From Candidatus Enterousia sp. (GTDB taxonomy: Bacteria; Pseudomonadota; Alphaproteobacteria; Rs-D84), in NCBI GenBank assembly GCA_045592905.1, contig JAZNVR010000030.1, positions 6,029-70,028 on the forward strand: DNA of 64,000 bases. Reading direction: 5' to 3'. A model generated the notes under the pieces. That model was not told where the DNA came from and searched no databases. It saw nothing but the letters and a program-made list of their open reading frames with translations. The position numbers and the translations under genes are program-made. Shown here piece by piece: positions 19,454 through 29,506 of the stretch (within the stretch, counting starts at the first letter, position 1; every line of letters begins with the position of its first letter).

Positions 19454-20287
19454 CTATTCATCAAGTGCCAAAATAAATATTTTACGTTTATCCGCCTGTT
19501 TAATAACATCTGGCTTATTAACAACAAAGCAAGTCTTGGTATTTACAACAATTCCTTTTAGATGTGCATCTGCAACCGAATTTACTGTATCAACCCCAAT
19601 CGCAGGAATATCAATACGTAAATCCTGACCTGGTTTTGTCATTTTTGCAAAAACACCACTTGATTTCCTTTTTTTAGCCCGCATTGCAACCACACGATCC
19701 AACATTTTTGCTGTACCTTCGGCAGCCTCTACTGCAATAACCTGTTTATCAACCACAACAGATGCACCAATATCTTCACGTCCAATTGTATGCGAAACCT
19801 GGATTGCACGCTCAATATTCTTGGTATCTGCAGCAGTTGGCTTCACACGTGTTTTAATGCCCGCTGTTTCAAACGCCAATTCTGGTGCCAAATCTTGGGC
19901 AGCGACAACTTCCAATCCTTGTTTTTCCATAATTTTATTTATCGCAATCGCCATTGAATCATACCCCCGTTGATATTTCAGAAAAGTAAACAATGCACGC
20001 AAGGTCCAAAAATCAGGACGTAAATCTGACAAATCAGGATGTCCCAACGAACCAACAAATGTAACCTTGGATATCCCCATACGTTTTGCAGCACGAATTG
20101 CACGCCCACCACCGCCCAATCGTATTACCATATCTGGATTTAGTTTTTCATCATAAAAATTCTTTAACCCAATAACAAAGACATCCCAACCTGCCCTTTT
20201 TAATGCATCACGTGTTAAAAAAGGCAAATCATATGCACCTGCAACCAATGCTATTTTATTATTTACATTTTTCTTTTTCATACCCAT
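19454..20287 (-). CDS. lpxI: UDP-2,3-diacylglucosamine pyrophosphatase LpxI (DUF1009 family)
   Basis: IALVAGAYDLPF... then DIGASVVVDKQVIAVEAAEGTAKMLDRV... then KPGQDLRIDIPAIGVDTV, matching conserved LpxI blocks. The start is at ATG 20287 or 20281. Confidence 0.75.
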   Translation of the reverse strand: MGMKKKNVNNKIALVAGAYDLPFLTRDALKRAGWDVFVIGLKNFYDEKLNPDMVIRLGGGGRAIRAAKRMGISKVTFVGSLGHPDLSDLRPDFWTLRALFTFLKYQRGYDSMAIAINKIMEKQGLEVVAAQDLAPELAFETAGIKTRVKPTAADTKNIERAIQVSHTIGREDIGASVVVDKQVIAVEAAEGTAKMLDRVVAMRAKKRKSSGVFAKMTKPGQDLRIDIPAIGVDTVNSVADAHLKGIVVNTKTCFVVNKPDVIKQADKRKIFILALDE

Positions 20288-20374
20288 ATGGTACGAATAA
20301 ATCAGACTGGAATCAAGTTTCAATTTGTGCTAAAATAACAAATAAAGAACAAATAAAGCAACAAAGACAAAAAA

Positions 20375-21145
20375 ATGATAAGAAAATCTTATTTAATTGC
20401 AATTTTTGGAACAGTTATTACAACATGCACATTTGCATCACCATATAACATCAAAGATTTTAAGAAAGAAGTTACCACAGGTTTGGACGTGTACGTTGCA
20501 CCAGATTTAGCAAAATTACCTGATATTGCATATGGTGAATTGGGTGAAAACGTATATGAAGTTCAAGGTACTGCCGATACAACAAATATGAAAATGTTTA
20601 TACCAACATCTAAGTACATTCGCATAGGTGCTGGTGTAAACATAAATTTGGCAACTGAAATGGCTGACTATTTTGGAACACGCCATAAAACCACAGACAG
20701 TTATACCATACAAATTGGATTGGGATGGAATCTGTCATCTTATGTACGCACAGAACTAGATTTCCAGACAACTACCCTACAATTTCAAGATTTAAATAAA
20801 TTACATGCAAATTATAACACAATTGGTGGAATGTTATATTTTGATTTTGCACGCAGATACATTCAATCTGGCGATATAACTCATCATCGTACATTTGTCC
20901 CATTTATGGGCATTGGTGCTTCAATTGGCACATACGAATTTCAAGGTCCATCTGGGGCAGACGGTCTGGTTATTGCGGCACCACGTGCAACATTTGGATT
21001 TAATATTATGTTCAATGATTTGATTGGCATTGATATTGCATATCAGTATCAGATGATGATTGGAAATGGATTTGGTTGGGGAACATCAAATGGTGGTGTA
21101 AACAGTATCAGCAACATAATGGCAACCATACGAGCTAATTTTTAA
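20375..21145 (+). CDS. Outer-membrane beta-barrel protein (OMP_b-brl-like)
   Basis: Signal peptide, alternating strands and a C-terminal ...MATIRANF (terminal Phe). Confidence 0.55.
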   Translation: MIRKSYLIAIFGTVITTCTFASPYNIKDFKKEVTTGLDVYVAPDLAKLPDIAYGELGENVYEVQGTADTTNMKMFIPTSKYIRIGAGVNINLATEMADYFGTRHKTTDSYTIQIGLGWNLSSYVRTELDFQTTTLQFQDLNKLHANYNTIGGMLYFDFARRYIQSGDITHHRTFVPFMGIGASIGTYEFQGPSGADGLVIAAPRATFGFNIMFNDLIGIDIAYQYQMMIGNGFGWGTSNGGVNSISNIMATIRANF

Positions 21146-21177
21146 TATGCAAACACCCAGATAAAGGAAATACATAA

Positions 21178-21837
21178 ATGAAAATCAAATTATTATTTGC
21201 ATTCACAATACTATCTTTATTTCCTGTACTTACAAACGCAGATATTATATACCGCGTTGAACAGACAGAAATTCCAAAAATTCAATCGTCAAACGGCATT
21301 GACAATCAATCATTATCAAGATTAAAACGTTTTTATGTTGGTGGATATTATAATTATTCCATGTGGCAATCATATACAGATGACATTGGCACATATACAG
21401 ATGGTAATGATACATCTTCATACGAAGTTGTCGCTGGCATTCGCCTGTATGACACATTTCGTGTAGAAGCAAACTATGCAAGAACCCAGGCACAATGGAA
21501 TACATTATCAATATCCGGTGATACATTCACAATGAATGCCATATTGGACGGTCGCATTGGAAATTTATATCGTGTACTTTATCAACAAACATTTGTTCCA
21601 TATATTGGTATTGGTGCTGGTGCATCATGGAATTCTGGCAAGAATGGAATCAATTTAACAAACAAGGTATCGCCTGTTATATCTGCAATGGCTGGATTCA
21701 GTATTGAATTTAATAAAATTTTTGCACTTGATATTGGATATAAATATATTCATATGTTTGATGGCAAAAATAATATTATACCTGAATTATCACCAACTGC
21801 ACATCAAATACGTGCTGGTGCCCGTATACATTTCTAA
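21178..21837 (+). CDS. Outer-membrane beta-barrel protein (OMP_b-brl-like), paralog-like neighbour
   Basis: Signal peptide MKIKLLFAFTILSLFPVLTNA, and the protein ends ...RAGARIHF. RBS AAAGGA. Confidence 0.55.
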   Translation: MKIKLLFAFTILSLFPVLTNADIIYRVEQTEIPKIQSSNGIDNQSLSRLKRFYVGGYYNYSMWQSYTDDIGTYTDGNDTSSYEVVAGIRLYDTFRVEANYARTQAQWNTLSISGDTFTMNAILDGRIGNLYRVLYQQTFVPYIGIGAGASWNSGKNGINLTNKVSPVISAMAGFSIEFNKIFALDIGYKYIHMFDGKNNIIPELSPTAHQIRAGARIHF

Positions 21838-21852
21838 GACGGAACGATAACA

Positions 21853-22785
21853 ATGTCAGCATGTCCATTTTTTGGCAAATGCGGTGGATGTAAATATGAC
21901 TTTACATCATCTGAATATCAATCTGAAAAAATAAAATCTTTACGTTGTATACAACCAACACAATCACCCATTTGGATTACCCCAGGTACTCGTCGTCGTG
22001 CAGACTTTTGTTTTACTCCGAACAAATTTGGATTTTTTGAATCCAGAACAAAAAATATAATTCCCGTAAATAATTGTCCAAACTTGTTACCGGAAATAAA
22101 TGCCATTTTACCACAAATGCAAAATGTACCATGGTGCGGTTCCGGTTCATGTTTGATTACAAAGTGCGACAATGGTCTGGACATTGCAATAACATCCAAC
22201 ATGCCATATTATACGCCTGAATTAAAATCCGCCATAATGCAAGTACCTGCAATACGTATAACATGGAATGACAAGATTATTATTCAAACTAAAATTCCGA
22301 TTATTAAATTTGAAGAACATGTTATTGAATATCCATCAGGGGCATTTCTACAGCCCAGCGAATCTGGTGCTGATACATTACGTAATTTAACGAAACGATA
22401 CGCAAATCAACACAAAAAAATTGCAGATTTGTTTTGTGGGCTTGGCAATTTTACATTTGCATTACATGCAGATGGCTTTGATATTGTTGGCACTGGTACA
22501 AAACGTGATTTATTCAAAAACCCATTATCAGTTGGAATGTTAAATCAGTATGATTGTATTATAATGGATCCGCCACGTGCAGGTGCATCCGCACAATGCC
22601 ACGAATTGGTACACAGCGATATAAAACGTATAATATACATATCTTGTAATCCCACGACATTCAAAACCGATTCTGAAATTCTGACACGTGGTGGTTATGA
22701 AATAACCACACTGATACCTGTTGACCAATTTGCTGGCAGCAGTCATTGGGAGATATTTTCTGTGTTTGATAAAACCATAAAATAA
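21853..22785 (+). CDS. RNA (uracil-5-)-methyltransferase, RumA/TrmA family (no TRAM domain)
   Basis: N-terminal Fe-S Cys cluster CPFFGKCGGCKY, and SAM motifs DLFCGLGNFTFAL, DPPRAGA and YISCNPTTF. Confidence 0.75.
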   Translation: MSACPFFGKCGGCKYDFTSSEYQSEKIKSLRCIQPTQSPIWITPGTRRRADFCFTPNKFGFFESRTKNIIPVNNCPNLLPEINAILPQMQNVPWCGSGSCLITKCDNGLDIAITSNMPYYTPELKSAIMQVPAIRITWNDKIIIQTKIPIIKFEEHVIEYPSGAFLQPSESGADTLRNLTKRYANQHKKIADLFCGLGNFTFALHADGFDIVGTGTKRDLFKNPLSVGMLNQYDCIIMDPPRAGASAQCHELVHSDIKRIIYISCNPTTFKTDSEILTRGGYEITTLIPVDQFAGSSHWEIFSVFDKTIK

Positions 22786-22815
22786 AAATCATCCCATACA
22801 GGGATGATTTTTATT
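22785..22815. terminator. Bidirectional intrinsic terminator
   Basis: The sequence aaaa-atcatccc-ataca-gggatgat-tttt. Confidence 0.7.
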
Positions 22816-25042
22816 TTCCAAATTTTCCACTACGTGGAAATCCAACAGGCACAGTGCGTCCCTGGGATGCACGTTTACCACGCCATGGCGACCAGTCATC
22901 CATTTTTGATGTACCACGACCCGTCGTCCAGCCAAAACCATCGCTTTCATTAAAGAACATAATATCCAGAACATATGTACGCTCTGCATTATATTTCTGT
23001 AATATCACACCCTTGCCCCTGGACATTTCAGGTATTTCTGAAGTTGTAAATATCAACAACTTGTCATTAGACCCAGACATCGCAATCATATCACCAGCAA
23101 CACGCACACACATATGTGCAGTATTTTTACCGTCAACATTCATAACCTGTTTGCCATTTTTAGTCTGAGCCAAGCAGTTTTCACCAGATATTATAAATCC
23201 ATTACCATGACGCGTTACCAATAAATACTTGGCTTTTACATCCAATACGAATGCATGAACGATATCTTCATCTGCCCCAATATCTGCCATCATACGCACT
23301 GATTCTCCAAATCCACGTGCCGATGGCAAATCATTTGCAGACAATGTAAACATTTTACCAGACGAACCAAACAAATTAATCTTGTCAGTTGACATGGCAT
23401 GGAAGGCCGTTTGCAATTCATCCCCTTCTTTGAATTTCATATCCAGTGCATTTAAATCCAAATGTCCCTTGGCCGCACGAATCCATCCCATTGTTGACAG
23501 AATGATTGTTAATGGTTCTTTTTCAATAAATTCATCTGCATTAACGACAATTTCCTGGGTATCTTCGGCCCATGTTGTACGACGACGACCCAATTTAGTC
23601 TTTTTATCATATGTCTTTTTAATATCGTTAAACCAGGCCTTTAACTGTTCGTTTTGTACATCTTCACTGGCTAACAGGGCCTGTAATTGTTCCTGTTCTG
23701 CACGCAATGCGGCATCTTCACGTTTGATTTCCATTTCTTCCAGTTTACGCAACGAACGCAAGCGTGTGTTCAATATTGCCTCTACCTGAATTTCTGTCAG
23801 GTTAAATTCAGCCATCAATACAGCCTTGGCATCGTCTTCATTTCTGATGATTTCAATTACCCTGTCCAGATTCAGATATACAACCAGCAACCCACCCAAG
23901 ATTTCCAATCTGCGGGCAATGTTATTCAAACGCCACTGTGTACGACGACATAAAACATCCTTTTGATGTGCAATAAATTCACGCAGTACATCACCAATCG
24001 GCATTACACGTGGTGCACCCTTGGAATCAATAACATTAAAATTCATATTAAACCGATATTCCAAGTCTGTCATTGCAAACAGATGAGCCATCATCTTGTC
24101 AGCCGGTATACTGCGTGATTTTGGTGTGATAACAATACGAACATCTGTGGTTGATTCATCAACAATATCGTCCACCAACGGCAACTTTTTCGCATCAATC
24201 AATGTTGCTATCTGCTCTACTAATTTAGACTTTACAATACCGTATGGAATTTCGGACACTACAATCTGCCAGCCACCACGTTCCAAATTTTCAATTTCCC
24301 ATCTGGCACGAATACGAAATGCCCCCTTGCCTGCGTCATAATTTTTAACAATGGTTTCAAAACCATCAATTAAAATACCACCTGTTGGGAAATCTGGCCC
24401 GACCATTTTTTTCATAATCTGGGCAGTTGTTGCATCAGGCTTATCAACAACCAGATTCAGTGCATCACAAACTTCGGCCACATTATGTGTTGGAATATTT
24501 GTTGCCATACCAACCGCAATTCCCATACCACCATTTGCCAGCAAATTCGGAAATGCCCCCGGCATAACGACCGGTTCCAGTGTTGTACCGTCAAAGTTCG
24601 GCATCATATCAACACTGTTTTCATCCAGCCCTTCCATAATCAGCATGGCTGCTTCGGTCATTTTAGATTCTGTATAACGATATGCCGCCTGGGGGTCGCC
24701 GTCAATATTACCAAAGTTTCCCTGACCATCAATCAATGGGTATCGTACAGAAAAATCCTGGGCCAGACGAACCATTGCGTCATACACAGAACTGTCCCCA
24801 TGTGGGTGATAGTGACCCAACACATCACCGACAACAGTTGCACATTTGCGAAAAGCGGCATTTGGCGACAATTTCTGACGCAGCATAGAATATAAAATTC
24901 TGCGGTGTACAGGCTTTAACCCGTCACGCACATCAGGCAACGCACGGGATACAATCGTACTGACCGCATACGACAGATAGCGTTCAGACAACGCATCTGA
25001 TAACTGTTGTGAATCAATATTTTCAATAATTTCCTTACTCAT
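22811..25042 (-). CDS. parC: DNA topoisomerase IV subunit A
   Basis: 743 aa. The N-terminus ...[34 protein letters not shown]... and the active-site region AAYRYTE are present. Length and the lack of an obvious GyrA box favour ParC over GyrA. Confidence 0.75.
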   Translation of the reverse strand: MSKEIIENIDSQQLSDALSERYLSYAVSTIVSRALPDVRDGLKPVHRRILYSMLRQKLSPNAAFRKCATVVGDVLGHYHPHGDSSVYDAMVRLAQDFSVRYPLIDGQGNFGNIDGDPQAAYRYTESKMTEAAMLIMEGLDENSVDMMPNFDGTTLEPVVMPGAFPNLLANGGMGIAVGMATNIPTHNVAEVCDALNLVVDKPDATTAQIMKKMVGPDFPTGGILIDGFETIVKNYDAGKGAFRIRARWEIENLERGGWQIVVSEIPYGIVKSKLVEQIATLIDAKKLPLVDDIVDESTTDVRIVITPKSRSIPADKMMAHLFAMTDLEYRFNMNFNVIDSKGAPRVMPIGDVLREFIAHQKDVLCRRTQWRLNNIARRLEILGGLLVVYLNLDRVIEIIRNEDDAKAVLMAEFNLTEIQVEAILNTRLRSLRKLEEMEIKREDAALRAEQEQLQALLASEDVQNEQLKAWFNDIKKTYDKKTKLGRRRTTWAEDTQEIVVNADEFIEKEPLTIILSTMGWIRAAKGHLDLNALDMKFKEGDELQTAFHAMSTDKINLFGSSGKMFTLSANDLPSARGFGESVRMMADIGADEDIVHAFVLDVKAKYLLVTRHGNGFIISGENCLAQTKNGKQVMNVDGKNTAHMCVRVAGDMIAMSGSNDKLLIFTTSEIPEMSRGKGVILQKYNAERTYVLDIMFFNESDGFGWTTGRGTSKMDDWSPWRGKRASQGRTVPVGFPRSGKFGK

Positions 25043-25110
25043 AACAGTTAGAATTTAGAACATTTGAAAAAAAATAACAACAGAAAAAACAGCAGAATCT
25101 GTATTATTTT

Positions 25111-25138
25111 TTGATTTTTTTTACATATGTGTTATAAT
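25111..25138 (+). promoter_or_regulatory. Sigma70 promoter with extended -10: TTGATT-16-TGtTATAAT
   Basis: TTGATT at 25111-16, TG at 25130-31 and TATAAT at 25133-38. Confidence 0.55.
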
Positions 25139-25144
25139 TAAAAC

Positions 25145-25337
25145 GAACCTGATGGGAATTGGGTTCGGGGCTGTGGTAGGCCCAGAGTATTCGGTGCAGT
25201 CGCATCGTTAAAAAACCCTGACCGCAATGGTCGGGGGGCTGTTTTGCTATACAACAGGGATTAACCCAAAAGCGACAGAATCATTAATACTCTGATTTAC
25301 CAACTCCCCGACCGTCAATCCTTGGCGGTTTTTGTTT
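25145..25337 (+). ncRNA. Candidate ~190-nt structured sRNA or cis-regulatory leader
   Basis: Starts downstream of the promoter above and is locally GC-rich. Internal 8-bp hairpin at 25216-25236. 3' hairpin gaccgtcaa-tcc-ttggcggtt (25310-25330) followed by tttgttt. The 5' and 3' ends are partially complementary. The family is not identified. Confidence 0.3.
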
Positions 25338-25358
25338 AATAAAAAAAAGAGGGTTATA

Positions 25359-25934
25359 ATGACAAACTTAGACAAACTCACAGGCGATAAAGTAATAGAA
25401 GTAGACGACACAGCCGATAAAGTAATAGACGTAATCACAATAAATCTTGCAGACAAAGAAATAGTCGTAGATGAATACATCGTGACAGAAATAAAAAATC
25501 AATTCGACCTTATGCGTCCTGTTATTCAAAACCCAAATTGTCACGATGATATACGTAAATCTGTTATCAATATCATTCTCAACTGGACTAACAACTTTGT
25601 GGACAGACATACAAACAACGCAGACAAAGAAGTTCTAAAAGAATATATATATCTGAATAACCCTGATTTCTTTCCAAAAGAATCTGCACTTATCAAGGCG
25701 AAATTAAACACAAAGCAAAAGATAGAAAAAATTAAACCAGAAATAAAAAAACGATTACAAGGGATAAAAACAGAAGATAGAATATCTGGGGTTGTGGCGG
25801 CAGATAAATTGGCAGAAGGTGTAAGAATGGGACTTATCGATACACCAAAAGACACAAAAACAGCAAATCGTCTTGCTTTAAAAGTTCGGAAAAGGCTAGC
25901 TGAAAAGATATTAGATGAAAGAAATTATAAATAA
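25359..25934 (+). CDS. Hypothetical Lys-rich protein (191 aa)
   Basis: The ATG at 25359 with an AAGAGGG RBS is preferred over the TTG at 25332. A terminator follows. I recognise no family. Confidence 0.45.
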   Translation: MTNLDKLTGDKVIEVDDTADKVIDVITINLADKEIVVDEYIVTEIKNQFDLMRPVIQNPNCHDDIRKSVINIILNWTNNFVDRHTNNADKEVLKEYIYLNNPDFFPKESALIKAKLNTKQKIEKIKPEIKKRLQGIKTEDRISGVVAADKLAEGVRMGLIDTPKDTKTANRLALKVRKRLAEKILDERNYK

Positions 25935-25954
25935 AATCACAATTTAGTTCATAT

Positions 25955-25981
25955 AAAAAATCCCCAAACGGGGATTTTTTA
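25955..25981. terminator. Bidirectional intrinsic terminator (tcccc/gggga type)
   Basis: The sequence aaaaaa-tcccc-aaac-gggga-tttttt. Confidence 0.75.
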
Positions 25982-27340
25982 TTTGTTGATAATTTCCAGA
26001 ACTTGTTTATTTACATCGCTGATTGGTATACGAACCTGTTCCATCGTATCACGATAACGCAATGTTACTGTGTTATCTTCCATTGTCTGATGATCAACAG
26101 TGATACAAACTGGCGTTCCAATTTCATCATGTCTGCGATAGTTTTTACCAATATTACCAGAATTTTCCAGTTCAATACGGCCAATTCCCAATTTACGCAA
26201 TCCAGATACAATGTCATTTGATATTGTCAACAATTCTGGAACATTTCGTGCCAGTGGAATAACCGCCGCCTTGACCGGTGACAGTGCCGGCTTTAATTTC
26301 AAGACAGTACGTGTTTTACCATCGCCCAGGTCTTCTTCGTTATACGCTTCTAACATAACGGCCAACATTGCACGATTTACACCCATCGCTGTTTCAATTA
26401 CATATGGGATAAAGTTTTCGCCACTTTGCGGATCAGAATAAGACAATTTTGTTGTACTGTCCTTGTTTTCCAATACATTTGCGTGGATTTGGAATTCATT
26501 TTGCCCCTTGGTATGTGACCCCAGGTCAAAGTCTTGACGATTGTGTATACCTTCTACTTCATCAAATCCGTCTGGGAATTCATATTCAATATCAACTGCC
26601 GCCTTGGCATAATGTGCCAATTTTTCATGTGGCATAAAGCGTAATTTTTCAGCCGGAATTCCTAATACATTTATCCACCATGCCAAACGTTCATCCATCC
26701 ACATTTTATGGAATTTTTCATCATCGGCCGGATTAACAAAATACTGCATTTCCGCCTGTTCAAATTCACGCATCCGGAACACAAATCCACGTGGGGAAAT
26801 TTCATTACGAAACGCCTTGCCAATTTGAACAATACCAAATGGCAATTTGTGTGGTCGTGCATCCAAAACATTCTTAAAGTTTGTATATGTTGTTGTTGCT
26901 GTTTCTGGACGTAAATACGCATTAATTGCACCGTCTGCGGTTGCCCCGATTGACAGCCCCATCATCAACTGATACGCACGTGGTTCTGTGATTTCAGTAC
27001 TGCCACAGTTATCACATTTTGATTGATCTTTCATTTTATCCTGACGCATGCGGGTACCACATTTTTTACATTCAACCAATGGGTCTGAAAATCCTGCTTC
27101 ATGCCCAGAATATTTCCACAACAAACGATTTGTAATCAAGGCCGCATCCAGCCCCTCAATATCATCACGCGAATAAACCATTGCATTCCACCATGCGTTG
27201 CGAATATTCTTCATCAATTCAACGCCATATGGGCCATAATCATATGTTCCACCCAATCCACCATAGATTTCAGAACCTGTAAAAATAAAACCACGACGCT
27301 TGCACAATGCGACAATATCATTAACTGTTTTTGCTGGCAT
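25979..27340 (-). CDS. glyQS: Glycine--tRNA ligase, homodimeric alpha2 (GlyQS) type
   Basis: MPAKTVNDIVALCKRRGFIFTGSEIYGGLGGTYDYGPYGVELMKNIRNAWW... is collinear with single-chain class II GlyRS and has a C-terminal anticodon-binding domain. Confidence 0.9.
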   Translation of the reverse strand: MPAKTVNDIVALCKRRGFIFTGSEIYGGLGGTYDYGPYGVELMKNIRNAWWNAMVYSRDDIEGLDAALITNRLLWKYSGHEAGFSDPLVECKKCGTRMRQDKMKDQSKCDNCGSTEITEPRAYQLMMGLSIGATADGAINAYLRPETATTTYTNFKNVLDARPHKLPFGIVQIGKAFRNEISPRGFVFRMREFEQAEMQYFVNPADDEKFHKMWMDERLAWWINVLGIPAEKLRFMPHEKLAHYAKAAVDIEYEFPDGFDEVEGIHNRQDFDLGSHTKGQNEFQIHANVLENKDSTTKLSYSDPQSGENFIPYVIETAMGVNRAMLAVMLEAYNEEDLGDGKTRTVLKLKPALSPVKAAVIPLARNVPELLTISNDIVSGLRKLGIGRIELENSGNIGKNYRRHDEIGTPVCITVDHQTMEDNTVTLRYRDTMEQVRIPISDVNKQVLEIINK

Positions 27341-27399
27341 ATTTCAATCCTTAAATTTATAACCACATATATATTATACTGTTTAAAAAAATTTACAAT

Positions 27400-27427
27400 A
27401 AAAAATCCCCAACAATGGGGATTTTTA
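27400..27427. terminator. Intrinsic terminator after rplQ (tcccc/gggga type)
   Basis: The sequence aaaaa-tcccc-aacaat-gggga-ttttt. Confidence 0.7.
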
Positions 27428-27447
27428 TCAAACACATACAAAACGAA

Positions 27448-27879
27448 TTATTCTGCTTGTTCTGCTGTTTCAGCATTTTCTTGAACAACTGGTTCTGCGA
27501 TTTTTTTTGCATTTACATCACGATCAACCAATTCAATGATTGCCATTGGTGCTGCATCGCCATAACGGAAGCCAGCTTTCAGAACACGTGTATAGCCACC
27601 TGGACGGTTTGCATAACGTTTACCCAAAACATCAAACAACTTTTTAACAGTTGCAGCAGAAGAATTACCCAATTCTGATGCTGTCAAACGACGGTTTGCA
27701 ACAGTATCAACCTTGGCACGAGTAATCAGTTTTTCAACGACACTGCGTAAATCTTTTGCCTTTGGCAAAGTAGTTTTAATCTGTTCTTTTTCAATCAAAT
27801 TTTTTGCCAGACCAACGAACAAGGCCTTGCGTGCATTTGTGTCGCGATTGAATGTACGACCTGCTTTCATATGTCTCAT
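27448..27879 (-). CDS. rplQ: 50S ribosomal protein L17
   Basis: [56 protein letters not shown]... with an AAAGGAG RBS. Confidence 0.9.
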   Translation of the reverse strand: MRHMKAGRTFNRDTNARKALFVGLAKNLIEKEQIKTTLPKAKDLRSVVEKLITRAKVDTVANRRLTASELGNSSAATVKKLFDVLGKRYANRPGGYTRVLKAGFRYGDAAPMAIIELVDRDVNAKKIAEPVVQENAETAEQAE

Positions 27880-27996
27880 TGATTACTCCTTTTGTTTCTG
27901 CCCTACTCTGCCGAGTGGGATTTTTTGAGACACCACAACCCAATTTTTCAGTATTGTGGGATTAAATTTCTGTTTTGAACCAATATTTATTCAAAA

Positions 27997-28161
27997 CTAT
28001 CTTAAACTGCGCGAACCCGGATTACCAAAAATCATCCGAATCCAAGAGGCAATATCTCCTATAAGACTATCTTCCAATGCATCCAGTCTACGATCTCTAC
28101 GCTCTTGTCTGCGCTTTTTTACTTTTTGTGCAGCCTGGTTAAACTTATCTTTAACGGACAT
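27997..28161 (-). CDS. Small basic hypothetical protein (54 aa) lying between rpoA and rplQ
   Basis: Hand translation gives MSVKDKFNQAAQKVKKRRQERRDRRLDALEDSLIGDIASWIRMIFGNPGSRSLR. ATG at 28161 with a GAGGT RBS. The ORF falls below the track cutoff. Confidence 0.3.
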   Translation of the reverse strand: MSVKDKFNQAAQKVKKRRQERRDRRLDALEDSLIGDIASWIRMIFGNPGSRSLR

Positions 28162-28344
28162 TTTTACCTCTTTCGTGCAATTGTAACAAAGATATTACCA
28201 TTTGCAATATTTTTCTTTTCCACACCATAACCGGCGCCAAGAAATTAAATTATGTGAGATGATTGTTGGTGTTTCACAGTTCCGACGTGTATTGGACATA
28301 CACGAGGAATCTGTGAACGCCAACAGGCGTCCACAGAATTTATT

Positions 28345-29373
28345 TTATTTGTATGGGTCTTCGTATTTCTTGGCCAATTCCGCAATATTTTCTGGTGGCC
28401 AACCAGGTACTTCCATACCCAAGCCCAGACCCATTGCTTCTAATTGAACTTTGATTTCATTCAAAGACTTACGGCCAAAGTTTGGTGTTTTCAACATATC
28501 GGCTTCTGTCTTTTGAACCAATTCACCCAACCAATTGATTTTATCGTTCTTCAAACAGTTGTTTGCACGAACAGACAATTCCAATTCATCAACATGCTTT
28601 AACAATTTTGGATCAAATGGCAATGCATCTTTTGCAGCATCTTCATCATTTGATGCACCTGTTTGTGCAGGATCTTCAAAATTAATAAATACAACCAACT
28701 GATCTGTCAAGATACGTGCAGCGAATGCGATTGCATCTTCTGGTGATACAGAACCATTTGTTTTAACAGTCAATTCCAATTTATCATAATCTGTTGATTG
28801 ACCAACACGTGTTTGAGAAACACTGCTGGCAACATTCAAAATTGGCGAGAATATAGAATCAACCGGTATTACACCCAATGGCAAACCATCAGCATGTTGT
28901 GATGCAGGAACGTATCCACGACCTGTTGCCAATGTTATTTCCATATCCAGGTTCGCCCCTTTGTCCAAAGTGCAAATTTCTGCATCTTTGTTCATAACTT
29001 CAACGCCACCAGATGTTTCAATCATACCTGCTGTAACAACTGCTGGTCCTTTAACCTTCAAATAAGCTTTATGTTGACCTTCTGTCAAGGCTTTAAAATA
29101 AACACCTTTTAAATTCAAAACGATATCTGTTACATCTTCACGAACGCCAGAAATGCTAGAAAATTCGTGTTGAACCCCATCAATTTTAATACAAATTGGT
29201 GCACAACCCTGCAATGAAGACAACAATACACGACGCAATGCGGTACCCAATGTCAAACCGAACCCTTTTTCCAATGGTTCTGCGATTAATGTTGCAATAT
29301 TTGGATTATGTTCATCAACTTTGACAGTCAATTTTTTTGGCTTAATCAAAGTCATCCAGTTCTTTTCAATCAT
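28345..29373 (-). CDS. rpoA: DNA-directed RNA polymerase subunit alpha
   Basis: Full-length alpha with both NTD and CTD (...[23 protein letters not shown]...[14 protein letters not shown]). RBS AAAAGGGA. Confidence 0.95.
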   Translation of the reverse strand: MIEKNWMTLIKPKKLTVKVDEHNPNIATLIAEPLEKGFGLTLGTALRRVLLSSLQGCAPICIKIDGVQHEFSSISGVREDVTDIVLNLKGVYFKALTEGQHKAYLKVKGPAVVTAGMIETSGGVEVMNKDAEICTLDKGANLDMEITLATGRGYVPASQHADGLPLGVIPVDSIFSPILNVASSVSQTRVGQSTDYDKLELTVKTNGSVSPEDAIAFAARILTDQLVVFINFEDPAQTGASNDEDAAKDALPFDPKLLKHVDELELSVRANNCLKNDKINWLGELVQKTEADMLKTPNFGRKSLNEIKVQLEAMGLGLGMEVPGWPPENIAELAKKYEDPYK

Positions 29374-29441
29374 AATATTTCCCTTTTAGCTTAGTTTATT
29401 ATTTTCGCCAAACGGCCACACACAATGCGTATGCAGCAAAG

Positions 29442-29470
29442 ATTCTATATTATCAACACATAAAAGTCAA
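29442..29470 (-). promoter_or_regulatory. Candidate dedicated rpoA promoter TTGACT-17-TAGAAT (minus strand)
   Basis: Plus-strand agtcaa at 29465-70 and attcta at 29442-47. It lies directly downstream of the terminator of the Cys-rich gene. Confidence 0.4.
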
Positions 29471-29471
29471 T

Positions 29472-29500
29472 AAAAAACCGCCCGTTTGGGCGGTAATTTC
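29472..29500 (-). terminator. Intrinsic terminator after the 29507-31786 gene
   Basis: Stem accgccc-gttt-gggcggt with an A-run on the + strand (T-run on the - strand). Confidence 0.7.
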
Positions 29501-29506
29501 ATAAAA

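Noticed and set aside
25145-25245. SRP (4.5S) RNA or tmRNA identity for the GC-rich intergenic RNA
   Set aside because: There is no GGAA/AGCA symmetric-loop motif for SRP. There is no tRNA-Ala-like acceptor or CCA end for tmRNA. I kept it only as an unclassified candidate sRNA.
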